DNA from: Octopus sinensis
Taxonomy: Eukaryota
DNA length: 64,000 bases
NCBI RefSeq assembly: GCF_006345805.1
Contig: NW_021832593.1
Location: 1-64,000, forward strand
Direction: 5' to 3'
The translations under genes were made by a program, and so were the position numbers. A model generated the notes under the pieces. It worked only from the letters and a program-made list of their open reading frames with translations, ran no database searches and was not told the origin of the DNA. Within the stretch, counting starts at the first letter, position 1; every line of letters begins with the position of its first letter. Positions 11,191 through 22,614 of the stretch are shown here, piece by piece.

Positions 11191-12491
11191 ATTTATAGTT
11201 ATTATTTCGTTTTAAAAAGGGCTGTATTTGGCAAAATCGGTAAAAGGCCAGACAAAACGCTTAGCATTATTCAGCATTGCTTTTTTTCGAATATTCTACG
11301 TTCACTTCGCGATCTTGACTCTGTGTCTTGTTCTTTCAATGCTGCTTAAATAATACAATATTACATCGATTTAAGCAACTGCTTCTTTTCTCCACCCAAA
11401 TAATTTCGCCTTTTCTGAACTAAAACCAACCCAACTTTCATCGACTAATTTTCACAAAGACCGATTTCATTCTATCTTCTTTAGATTTCAGTAGTTTATT
11501 TCTATAAAGATGCCTTATATCTTATAAAGATAATACAGGATTAACCTAAACATCGACCCTATTTAGATATAATTGTATCCTAATTCTTAATCATTATAAA
11601 AAATAAAAGAAATAGAATGTATAATGTTACGAAAGATTTATTTATAATCTATCTTTAATCGTCTGTCTATCATCGACCCCGATTTCCTTCTTCAGAACGA
11701 TAATTCCTACAGCATTATTTCGTTTAAATATTGATCATAAGATTGAGAAGAAATACAGCAAGAAGAAAAGTTTTCATTATAACAACCAAAAAAAAAAAAT
11801 TAATAAAATAACAAAAAAATAAAAGAATTTATTTGAATTCGAACGGCTTCTATTGTTGACTCTTCACCAACATCTTCATTCTTCCATTCTAAAACATCTT
11901 CTCATCATTGGCTTCAGCCTTTCATTCTTTTTTGCTCTTCGATTCCGGTTATCATATCATATCGGTCGACACAGAACTAGAATAGGAATTGATTAATTCT
12001 AAATACAGCAGTGTCTATATAATACGATTATCGATCCATTACACATATATACATATTGTCAAATAAACACACAGATTTTAAGCATTCTGACAGTTAGATA
12101 CACCATCACAACAAATAAAACTTTCACAAAGTCTTGGCTTTTAACTCTTATAATTTTGAAATTACCGATGTTTAGTGGAAAAACACACGTGAACATATAT
12201 AATAAATACATACACACACGTGCTAGCAAACACACACGCACACATACACACACACACACACACACCAATGTGTACGCACGTTGGTATGTGTATACACACT
12301 TACATATACATACCATCAAAGGCACATCTAGATTTCACACACACACATACTCACATATATATATGGATATATATACACACACACATACACGTGTGTGTGT
12401 GTAATGCTCGAGTGTAGTAGCATATGACCGCCGTTGACTGGTCAGATTCGTTCATCGTCTTAAGCTCTCATTCACTTTCTCTGTCAATTAG

Positions 12492-12550
<59 letters not shown>

Positions 12551-12679
12551 ATACTTGACTATTTCTGCTTCTATTTTCTTTCTATTTTCTCTTATCTTCT
12601 TTCTTTGTTCCTTACCATATTTCTTGACAGCAATGACAGCCGTAATATATATATATAATATATATAATATATACATACA

Positions 12680-12775
<96 letters not shown>

Positions 12776-12779
12776 TTTC

Positions 12780-12973
12780 AAAATACCGCGTGTATCGTTG
12801 GCGATTTTCTTCGACTTCCCTTCTTTTAGACGGACTTTCTTCTGTTTCTGAAGATGACCTTTGCTCGAAACGTTAAATCCTCTTCCCCTCCTTTCTTGAG
12901 CGTCTGATAATACAGAACTTGTACCACGTTCTCACGTTATTGTTTTTTCTTGTTTGTTTTTCTTTGTTTGGAT

Positions 12974-12978
<5 letters not shown>
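12780..12978 (+). mobile_element. Penelope-like terminal repeat, family P1
   Basis: Reverse-complement homolog of 15455-15655, 15905-16200 and 28575-28870; flanked by (TA)n. Confidence 0.75.
12844..12878 (+). ncRNA. Minimal hammerhead motif (family b, CTGAAGA core, degenerate stem II)
   Basis: GTTT-CTGAAGA-TGACCTTTGCTC-GAAA-CGT-T-AAAT; palindromic ACGT stem III. Confidence 0.5.
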
Positions 12979-13017
<39 letters not shown>

Positions 13018-13022
<5 letters not shown>

Positions 13023-13340
13023 CTTGCAAGATTTTTGATGTGAAATCGTGTGTTGAAACAGATATTGTTGTATTTAGGAATGGTCATTTTGCCAGTTTAG
13101 CCAATAAAAACACACGCACTATATATTTGGTGTTACTTTGCTTCAGTGTTATTCATTTTTTACATTAATCTTAATCTTATTTCGGCCAGAGTTCTTTCGT
13201 CATACTCCTGTGACCTCATCAGTGGTCCTTTGCTTTCTTCTTTCTTATTTGTGTGTCTTTCCTTACTAACGGTCAACCATTTTGTATTTTGTATTCCTAT
13301 TGTATGTGTCTTCATTTGCGCATGCATATACCTCTTCTGC
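13018..13340 (-). mobile_element. Penelope-like terminal repeat, family P2
   Basis: Homologous to 44960-45158 plus 45536-45655; carries a hammerhead motif; abuts (TA)n. Confidence 0.7.
13184..13228 (-). ncRNA. Type I hammerhead motif (family c)
   Basis: GGACCA-CTGATGA-G-GTCA-CAGGAGTA-TGAC-GAAA-GAAC-TC-TGGCC: canonical core, 4-bp stem II, 2-bp stem III, CUC triplet. Confidence 0.7.
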
Positions 13341-13679
13341 AATATGGGGTGGAATCGATTCCATTACATCGCTCCCCACTCAAATAGGGAGCAGTGTTGA
13401 AGTAAGCCGAAACGATCGTTGTCCTAAATAAAGCTTCCAATACATTCTATCTTCCGTATTAGTAATTTAGAATGCACTCAATGTGCACCGACGAATTCCT
13501 TGCGTACATCCAGCAACGAAAGTGAACTACTTCGGATGACATCTGGTAGCTGCAAGCGGTGAACGTGCTTTACAGGCACACTACAAGGCACATTTCAATA
13601 GCAAGGTTTGGACACTACACCTTGAACTCTCCTACCTAAGTTTTAATTTTATATACAACTTATATATGTTAAAATATAT

Positions 13680-13935
13680 ATTAAAATTATTAATTAGTGT
13701 ATCTACGAGATACCACCATGCTGAAAATAGCAGCCATGATCTAACTCTAAAACCACCTTAATTGTTCATATATCAACACGGAGAGAAAACAAAATTTTTT
13801 ACTAGTTTCATCTTGTCTCTTTGTTTTCTCTCCGTGTTGATATATAGACAATTATGGTGGTTTTAGAGTCAGATCATGGCTGCTATTTTCAGCATGGTGG
13901 TATCTCGTAGATACTCTAATTTATAATTTTAATAA
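13680..13935. repeat. Inverted repeat (~112-bp arms, ~30-bp spacer); third partial copy at 14603-14663
   Basis: GTATCTACGAGATACCACCATGCTGAAAATAGCAGCCATGATCT and its reverse complement. Confidence 0.85.
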
Positions 13936-14022
13936 TTATTACCTTTGAAGGTTATTTTCCCCATGCTAACCACTTGATAAAATCGTTGTTTATCTTTAAA
14001 TTAACGATCTTATCCTTAGCTA

Positions 14023-14089
<67 letters not shown>

Positions 14090-15454
14090 TGTCCATTCGT
14101 GACTGAGGAAGGTATCACAGACCATTGCCCATAAAATGCTAGCAATGCTCGTCCATGAGGTCAATGCACCAGAGGTCGGTTTCACCCAGGTTCGCGTCCG
14201 CGGCTTCCATGCTCCTGACGGCGCCCTCCTACTCGAACGGGCATTGGAGAGTTGCCTTCACCGGCGATTGGAGAGCTTAAAACTTTAGGTTCAATAAGGC
14301 TTGCGCTGCACCTCACAGACTCTCTCCAACCTATTGACATAATTCAGAGCTAAGCTGGAGCAAGATATCCGGAACGAATGCAGGCTGCAGACTCAGGAAT
14401 GTGGGGGAATCATGATCTCAAGCAAAAGATACCCAAAATGTTTCAAGCCATTTCCTGCACATCGGGTTTTCACAGATATGCCTTAACAAACACTAAGGGG
14501 TGTCGCAAACGATATTTTATCTCCGTTATATTTTCAGGAAACCTGATTCTACTAAACCAGTCCCCCAAATCTGCAGAGATTGCACAGAGAGGTGCATAAA
14601 ACTCAAAGGTAATAATTATTAAAATTATAAATTAGAGTATCTGCGAGATACCACCATGCTGAAAGAGGTGTTTATACCAGACATCTTGTTGTCCGTGACG
14701 TAGCAACTTATTTCAAGTTGTCAAATTTTAAAAGTTACAAATTATTTATTGCAACTTTCAAATGATAAATTATTAATAAACAAAAGTTTGGAGAAAAATG
14801 AGATTTTAATTATTTGAAACATTTCGTATTTCATTTCAATAAAATTTTTATATTTACTTTACTTTGTGTTGTGTATGTTTTTGCCTGTAATATTTGTATG
14901 TTTAAACGATAATTTTCTTTTTAAAGATATCAATTTGGCATATCAGGTCAACAGTTTCCAAGAAACCAAATAAGTTTTCTTCACAATTATAAATTATTAA
15001 AAAAAAACTTTTGTTTTTCTTTACAGAAAAGAAAATGTCTACCTTCTGATATATCTCAGTTCATGTAGAAATTATTTTAGCGTATCGATTTGCTTCGTTC
15101 GTCGACATTTTCTATTAGTTTTCCTCAGATATTTTATTATGATAACAAAATCAAAAGGCAATATATATTCACATATTTATACTACATATACATATCTATA
15201 CTGTGTAAATAGAATATTCGATCAGAAACTTGAAACAAAAGTATTTGTCAGACGGTAAGTACATTACGACAAGGTTATAGGTTGTGGCGAGACTACAGTC
15301 AAGTACATTGATTTCTGTGTTTAACAAATACTTTAACTGCTCGGCCCAGCAGGAACGAAGAAATATAGAATTATTGTCAGTATATTTGAACACTAATTAG
15401 AAAAGGATTTTACTAAATAATATATAAAACATGATGGTATATATATATATATAT

Positions 15455-15655
15455 ATATATAAAGTTAATCCAAACAAGAAAGCATAAAAAACAACAACGC
15501 GAGAACGTGGAACAAATATAGTATTATTGGACGCTCAGGAAAGAAGGAGGGTTTAACGTTTCGAGCGGAGCTATTCGTCGGAAACATAGGAGAAAGAAAG
15601 ATCTAGAGAAGGAAAAAAATCGCCAACGGTACACACGCGGTCACATTTTGAAATA
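15455..15655 (-). mobile_element. Penelope-like terminal repeat, family P1
   Basis: AAAGTTAATCCAAAC...GTTTAACGTTTCGAGCGGAGCTATTCGTCGGAAAC, shared with the other P1 copies. Confidence 0.75.
15551..15585 (-). ncRNA. Minimal hammerhead motif (family b, CCGACGA core)
   Basis: GTTT-CCGACGA-A-TAGC-TCC-GCTC-GAAA-CGT-T-AAAC. Confidence 0.55.
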
Positions 15656-16006
15656 TATGTATGTATGTATGCATGTATGTATGTATGTATGTATGTTGTA
15701 TACAGTGTATGGGGGTTTAGTTCACAGGTGATCCAAACGATTAGGTACGCAAGGTAAGTGTTGCAACGGATTACTGGGATACTAGGACTCCGAGACGGTA
15801 GTTATAGAGCCATTGCAGATTTCCGATGCAGCGGATATATAATTGTTAACGTTTGTTTCCTATTTAACAATTATATATATATATATATATATATATCTAT
15901 ATATATATATATATAATTTTAATCCAAACGGGAAACAAAAAAACAACAACAATGGAACAATTACAGTATTATTATTAATAGGCGCTCAGGAAAAGGAAGC
16001 AGGGAG

Positions 16007-16043
16007 GTATGACGTTTCGAGCGGAGCTCTTCGTCGGAAACAT
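16007..16043 (-). ncRNA. Minimal hammerhead motif (family b, CCGACGA core, GUC triplet)
   Basis: ATGTTT-CCGACGA-A-GAGC-TCC-GCTC-GAAA-CGT-C-ATAC. Confidence 0.6.
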
Positions 16044-16199
16044 AAAGAAGGAAGAGAGAGGAAAGAAAGATCCCAGAGCGGGCAACAGGGAAAGAGAAAA
16101 AAGACGACTGGTGTTTACGAGTTGCACATGGTGAAAGGCGGATGTTTACGAAAACAGAGCAAAGTGGGTTTTTAAAGGCAAAAGAGTGGAGACAAGGTT

Positions 16200-18965
16200 G
16201 GTAACGCAACAGATGTGTGTATGTGTGAGTGTGTGCGTGTGCGTGTGTGTATGTGTGTGTGTGAGGCGAGATGAAAAAACAAAAAAATATATGTGTGTGT
16301 TAGTGTGTGCGTCTGTGTGTAGGCGTGTGAGGTAGGGCGAGACTAGTGGTCAGCTTAGCAGACAAAGGTCAGTAGTAAGAAAAAGAAGGAAGGAGGAAGG
16401 GAGGGAGGGGAAGGGGTGGGGGCGTATGTAGCGTGCCAGCGTGTGTTGAGTAGTAGTGTGTGTGTGTGTCCAGTGTCGTGGTGGTATAAATGGCGAGTAG
16501 ATTGAATGTGTGTAAGAGTAATGTATATATTTAAGCAATGTGTGTATATGTGTGCGCGTGTGTGTAACGAAAAGGGGGGGGTTAAGGAAAAAGGACTCCA
16601 GCTGAGGGGAAGATGGAAGAGTGGTCCCGCGGAGACGGGCGTGGGAAAACCCAACGACACGCGACGGTCCCAGGAACGGGCGGGAGGTCTGTCGGTCCAA
16701 GAGCGAGGTGCCTGCGGAGCGTATGCGTACGCGAACCGGCGCAAGCGCGTGCGTGCGCGAGCCTGCGAGTATGTGCGTAAGTATGTATGTGTGTGGATGT
16801 GTGAGTGTGTCTGTGTGTATGTCTGGGTGGCAGTGTGTCCGATGAATGTATGTGAGTATGTGTGTATGTATGTGTGTGCATAGATGTATGTCCGTGTGTG
16901 TGTGTGTGTGTGTGTATGTGTGTGAGTGTGTATGTATGTACGTGTGGGTGTGGGGAAGTGTGTGTATGTGCATGTGTGTGCGCGTACATACAGGTGTGTG
17001 AGTGAGTGTGTGTGTGTGTATGTATGTGTGAGTGTGTATGTATGTGTGTGTAGGATGCATGTATGTGTATGGGTGTATGTATGCGTGTGTGTATGTATGT
17101 ATGTGTACGTGCGTGTGTGTGTGTGTATGCGTGTAGGTGTGCGCGTGTGCATGCATGCATGCATGCATGTGCGTATGTGTGTGTGTGTGTGCATGTGTGT
17201 GGGTATATATGTATGTGCGTATATGTGTGTGTGTATGTGCGTACATGTGTGTGTGTGTATGCATGTGTGTGTATGTAGGTGTGTAGGCGTGTGTGTATAG
17301 GTGTATGTATGTAAGTATGTATGGGTGTGTCCGTGTATGTGTGTGTATGTATGTGTGTGTATGTAGGTGTGTGGGCGTGTGTATATGTGTGTGTATGTAG
17401 GTGTGTGGGCGTGTGTATATAGGTGTATGTGTGTATGTCTGGGTGTGTCCGTGCATGTTTGTGTGTGTGTGTGTGTATGCATGTGTATGTAGGTGTGTGT
17501 GTACGTGTGTAATGTATGTGTGTATGCGTGTGTATGCGTGCGTGTGTGTATGTAGGTGCGTGTGTATGTGTGTGGGAGTGTAGGTGTGTGTGTGCGTGTG
17601 CGTGTGCGTGTTTATGTTGGTGTGTGCGTATGTGAGTGTGAGTGTATGGGTGTTTGTCATGCATGTGTGTGCGCGTGCAGGTGAGTGTGTGTGTAAGTAT
17701 GTGTGTGTGTATGTTTGTGTGAGTGTGTATGTGTGTATGTCTGTGTGTATGTATGTGCGTATAGGAGTATGTGGGTATGTGTGTGTATGTATATGGGTGT
17801 ATGTATGTATGTGTGTGTGTGCATGTGTATAAGTATATGTGTGTGTGCGTATGTGTGTATATGTGTATGTGTGTGTGTTTATGTATGTGTGTATGTATGT
17901 GTGTAGGCGTGTGTGTGTAGATGTATGTATGTATGGGTGTGTGTCCGTGTGTGTTTGTGTGTGTGTGTAGGTAGATGTGTGTGTCTGAGTGAGGGTATGG
18001 CTGTGTAGGTGTGTGTGTGTATGAATGTAAGTGTGTGTGTATACAAGTGTAATGTATGTATGTAGGTGTGTGTGTGTGTGTATGTGTACGTGTGCGTGTG
18101 TATGTGTGTGTGTGTATGCGTGTGAGTGTGAGTGTATGGGTGTATGTCTGTGTGTGTGTATGTCTGAAGTAGGTATGTATGTGTATGTATGTGTGTGTGT
18201 GTGTGCAGGTATGTGTGTGTATGTGTGTGTGTGAGTAGGTGTGCGTGTATGTATGTGGGTAGGGATGCATGCGAGTGTGTGGGTATGTATGCATACATAC
18301 GCACGCGCACATCCGAAGCAAGCCCACACACACGAAGCGCGCCCACGCACACAACGCACAAGCAGTACAACGCAAGCCCAAGGGGCCGACCAAGCCCCCA
18401 GCGCGCGCCAAGGCGCGCGAGCGCAAAGGCCCTCGAACGCCCCGCTACGCGGGAACCGAGGATCCATCAGCCAAAACCGGAAAGCAGAAAAGAGGGGGGT
18501 GCCTGGATGCAAAAAGGTGTATGTGTGTGTGCATTCAGTGTAAGGGTGTGCATGTGTGGGTATGTATGTATGTATGTGCCTACATGTATGTTTGCATGTG
18601 TGTGTGTGAAGTATGTACGTGCGGTGTGTGTGTGTGAGTGTGTGTGTATGTATGTGCGTATGTATGTGTGTGTGTATGTGTGTATGTATGTCTGTGTGTG
18701 TGTGTGTGTGTAAGTATGTATGTGTGTGCGTATGTATGTATGTGTGTGTGTATGTGCATGTTGGTTTGTATGTTAGTGTGTGTTAGTATGTCTGTAAGTG
18801 TGTGTGATTAAATGTGTGAATGTATGTACGTAGATGGGTCTACGTATGTGTGTGTGTGAACAGGCGTGTGGGAGGTAGGTGGGTGGGTGGGTGGGTGTGG
18901 GAGGTAGGTGGGTGGGTGTGTGCGTGTGGGAGGTAGGTGGGTGTGTGTGTGTGGGTGGTGTGTTC
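16200..18965. repeat. Degenerate (GT)/(GTAT)-rich tract with GC-rich islands
   Basis: Mixed GT, GTAT and GCGT units; complex islands at about 16580-16770 and 18295-18510. Confidence 0.9.
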
Positions 18966-18994
18966 ACAAAAAAAAAAAAAAAAAAAAACGGATC

Positions 18995-19984
18995 TCAAGA
19001 GGAGGGGGCTGTGTTAAGTCCGTGTGGGGTGGTAGTTTGTAGGGTGAAGATGTAGCGTTGCTCCAAGTGGAGCCTGGAAAGTGGGCGACCATGGTGGGGG
19101 GCGAGACCAAACACTGAGATGTCATCTAGGGAATGGCCGGCCGAGCGGAAGTGGCGTGCGACGGGAGAAAGAGAGTGTAGGCGAACGTCCCTCAAGTGTT
19201 CAGTGAAACGGTCGGACAACCGGCGTCCCGTCTGTCCTACATACAGCATCCCGCATAGGTTGCATTTAATGCAGTAAATAAGGCCAGACGAGGTGCACGT
19301 AAAAGAGTGCCTAATGCGTACAGTGTGCAGGTTGGAGCCGGTGACAGCGGTGGTGTTGGTGATGAAGGGGCAAGTGTTGCAGCGGGATCTAGAGCAAGGG
19401 AATGATCCGTGTGGGGCTGAGGGGGAAGGAGAGAGGGTGCTGTGGACCAGGAGGTCACGCAGATTGCGGGCTCGTTTGAAAGAGGACAGGGGTAGGTTAG
19501 GGAAAATGGGGCGGGTGGTGGGATCAAGCTGGAGGCGACGGAAGGCACGTAGTATCTTGCGACGAAGGGGTAGGGTAGAGGGGTGGAAAAGGAGGGGGAA
19601 GGGGGTGCGGTTGGGGGGTGGGCGGGGGGAAGGAGACAGGGCGGTAGTGCGGTCGATGCGACGGGCGCGGGTGAGGGCATCAGAGAGGAGTATGGGTGGG
19701 TAACCTCGGAGTCTGAACATGCGGGCCAGGTATTGAGATTGGGTCTCGAAATCCTGGTCGCGGCTGCACAAACGTCGGAGGCGGAGGAACTGGGAGTAGG
19801 GGATGGCTCGTTTGGTGTGGAAGGGGTGGGAGGAAGAGAAGTTGAGATAGAGGTGGGAATCCGTAGGTTTAAAAAAGGCGGTGGTGGTGAGAGAGCTGGA
19901 GGGGTGATCGATGCGGAGAGAGATGTCAAGGAAGTTGACAGAGGTGTTGGAGATGGTGGAGGTGAATTGAAGAGAGGGGTGATT
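18995..19984 (-). CDS. Penelope-like RT C-terminus/thumb plus GIY-YIG endonuclease, 5'-truncated, uninterrupted 329 aa
   Basis: In-frame upstream extension of ORF 18995-19771: HPSLQFT...VNFLDI...FKPTDSHLYL..SSHP..TKRAIPYSQFLRLRRLCS; Cys linker CSRSRCNTCP; LIYCIKCNLCGMLYVGQTGRRLSDRFTEH; EQRYI..L.T..P.GLN stop. Confidence 0.92.
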   Translation of the reverse strand, partial: NHPSLQFTSTISNTSVNFLDISLRIDHPSSSLTTTAFFKPTDSHLYLNFSSSHPFHTKRAIPYSQFLRLRRLCSRDQDFETQSQYLARMFRLRGYPPILLSDALTRARRIDRTTALSPSPRPPPNRTPFPLLFHPSTLPLRRKILRAFRRLQLDPTTRPIFPNLPLSSFKRARNLRDLLVHSTLSPSPSAPHGSFPCSRSRCNTCPFITNTTAVTGSNLHTVRIRHSFTCTSSGLIYCIKCNLCGMLYVGQTGRRLSDRFTEHLRDVRLHSLSPVARHFRSAGHSLDDISVFGLAPHHGRPLSRLHLEQRYIFTLQTTTPHGLNTAPSS

Positions 19985-20044
<60 letters not shown>

Positions 20045-20534
20045 GTGCTGGAAATAGCAATCGATAATCGTTCGATGCTAGGTAAGTTTCACTGAATGTA
20101 TAGAGGCAAGATGTGTGCAGACGGCAAATATAAAACAAACAAAAATTCGTCTTACCTCTAGTTTTTGTTTATGGCTGGGGCTATTGGCCGAGTATACAGA
20201 CATTGATGAAGTGGATATTTTAAATTTGGTTTCTTCTGTGGACCTAACTGACGAGGACAAATCAGTTCTACGATTACAAACCTATTCTGAAAAGTCCGTG
20301 TACTGGGCTGTCCATTTCACTGGCGCTTTCCCTAGATGTAAGACAATTTTTTTTTTTTATATTCACGGCCAGCACTCTTCTTTGCTGCTATACACCCAGT
20401 GACGTCGAACGATTATCAACTACTATTTCTAGCAAAAACTGGCACCTTGTTGTGCCACTATTTCCTATTTATAATTCTACTTTTACAGGGCTTCATTTCG
20501 CTAGAAAATAATATTACTGTATTGTAATAATATT

Positions 20535-20554
20535 TATCTATCTATCTATCTATC

Positions 20555-20616
<62 letters not shown>
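20535..20616. repeat. (TATC)n microsatellite upstream of the Tx1-like LINE
   Basis: About 20 units. Confidence 0.95.
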
Positions 20617-20832
20617 GACAGACAGACGCAGTCAAATGGGCTCCACGTAAGTTGGTATTTTTGTACGTTCAAAATGTATATGACAAATTTTTGTGCTTAA
20701 AAGTTGTGCAACAACATCCACTGTAAACCTTTGATAAATATCGACACACAAAATTTTGCCCCTTGTGGGCAAAATTTAAAAGAAAAACTTCTCATAGCCT
20801 TCGTGGTTTCATTTAGCCATTTTATTTCCAAA

Positions 20833-22614
20833 ATGGCCACTGGTCACCACGAGGCTGAGGTGCAAGTCAAGCGTGACGCAGAGGCAGAAAAACAGGATGC
20901 TCTGTTAGCATACGCTGAACCTGACAACTCCACCACCATCAACATCGACAACAGCAACAAATACAAAACAAAGGTCGCAAGGCCAAGCACCGTCAACACC
21001 ATCAGTGAGTCCACCACCACCAACACCGACAACAACACCATGGCAGAATCTGCTACTAAAACTGCTATCCCTACTAAAGACATCGCCACCAATAACAATA
21101 CCACAACATCACCATCACCGCCACCAAAGACCGTGCCGTCAATGCTACTAATAATACTACAAACACCACCGCCGTCACCAAACGACAATAACAACACACA
21201 AAACAACAACAACAACGACGACGACAACAACATTCCCTTCAACCACTGCTCACTCCATCACCAACAAGTGAAAAAATAACGACGACAAGCAAACGAAATG
21301 TCGAAATTTGCGCTAATGCAGGACTAAATTACGCAGGCAATTTCCTCCACCCCTTGCTAGTTGCATAATCAGCAACCACAAACCTACAACCCACACCCCT
21401 GCCATCAACACCAACACCACCGGCAGTAACAACAATAACAAAACAACAACAAACTTCGCCGAGGCGATAAAAGAAAAGGTAACAAAAGTTTCGTTTACTA
21501 CACAACAGATTAAAGATTGCAGAAACCTTATTACAAATGAAAACGGAAAAATACTCTTACACATACCTCAACACATACTGAATGAGGAGAAAAAAAAGAC
21601 AATTGTATATAAAATCACAAATAAAAAAACTAAAAGTCCAGAAAAGGCAAGCACAGACAAAGTCGAAAAGTGCTTACGCCCCATCTGGGGATACAAGGAT
21701 TGTGTGACTTGGGCGAACAAGTTCGCACACGTACAGGTGGTTTTTCAGAATGAAGAGTTGGCGAAGAAATTCTCAACGATAACCCTTCATTCTGATGAAC
21801 TAACGTTGACACCGAGTTACCTCGGCCAGAAGGTGACGAAAGTCATTATCAGTGGTGTCCCCCCAGTGACTACAACACTGTGGATAACATCCGCCTTAAC
21901 ATCCGAAATGGAGGACTTAAACATCCTAGATATCGGTGTTTCGGAAAACAAGGACTGGCTGGGAAAGAGAATAGAGTTCCTCTTCCACATAAGTCAAGAG
22001 GACATAAATAAAATCCCCACCCACGTACATCTTGAGGATGGCCGCAAGTAATACGTAGTAGTCGAGGGCAGAAGGCCACGATGCTATACATGTGGCAGTG
22101 AGGCACACCTCAAAAAGGAGTGCAAATCTGCCGCAAAATTACAACAACAACAACAGCCACAGGAAAAATCACAAAAGCCAGGATTATTGCCCACACCACA
22201 ATATGGACAGCTAGTCAAGAAGCTGTATGCGGAAATGCAGGAAAACAACAAAGAACAAGCCAACCCAACCAAACAACACCAACACCAGCGCCAAGAACAG
22301 AATCATCACCACCAACAACAAATAAACCAATTCCAACACCAAGAATAACAACGAAGAAGACAAGCACCAAGGATGTAGGAGAGACAATAACCACAACAAA
22401 CCCCCCAGCAACACCCTCCCCGCGCACCACAACAATATCTACAACCGCACAAACACACCCAGACGCTTTACCCTTGCCCCCTGCTGATTCGTCAGACTTT
22501 TCATCTAACGATGAAAGTTCGACAGAATGGCAAATAGCCACAGGGGGTAAAAGAAAAATCAAGAAAAACCAAACAAGAAATCGCAACCAAAGCAGGGAGA
22601 TACCTGAACCCTGA
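20833..22614 (+). pseudogene. LINE ORF1 (gag-like), frameshifted
   Basis: ATG at 20833; RRM-like VQVVFQNEELAKKF...KVIISGVPP; zinc knuckle CYTCGSEAHLKKEC at 22082-22123; Thr/Pro/Gln-rich C-terminal part. Confidence 0.8.

Larger units (their letters stand above)
15905..19984 (-). mobile_element. 5'-truncated Penelope-like retroelement (Neptune type): RT C-terminus, GIY-YIG, long CA-rich tract, P1 terminal repeat
   Basis: ORF at 18995-19984, CA-rich tract at 16200-18965, P1 repeat at 15905-16200; (TA)n on both sides; second copy of tract plus terminal repeat at 28575-29640. Joining the parts into one element is inference. Confidence 0.6.

Noticed and set aside
13391-13430. GAAA-CGATCG-TT with palindromic stem III followed by TAAATAAA
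   Set aside because: Upstream core reads TTGAAGT and stem I does not pair; at best a decayed PLE motif.
13478-13540. CCGACGA...GAAAGTGAACTA as a hammerhead
   Set aside because: No stem I complementarity and poor stem II junctions.
16350-18512. 720-aa His/Thr-rich ORF and overlapping 614-aa and 375-aa ORFs
   Set aside because: CA-rich repeats lack stop codons in several frames; no domain signal. Translation artefact.
20156-20247. Minus-strand exon candidate (RSTEETKFKISTSSMSVYSANSPSHKQKLE) with GTAAGA donor
   Set aside because: Plausible splice sites but no recognisable homology; too likely by chance to report as a feature.
20241-20312. CTGACGA-GGAC...GTCC as a hammerhead
   Set aside because: Stem II is followed by GTGT instead of GAAA.
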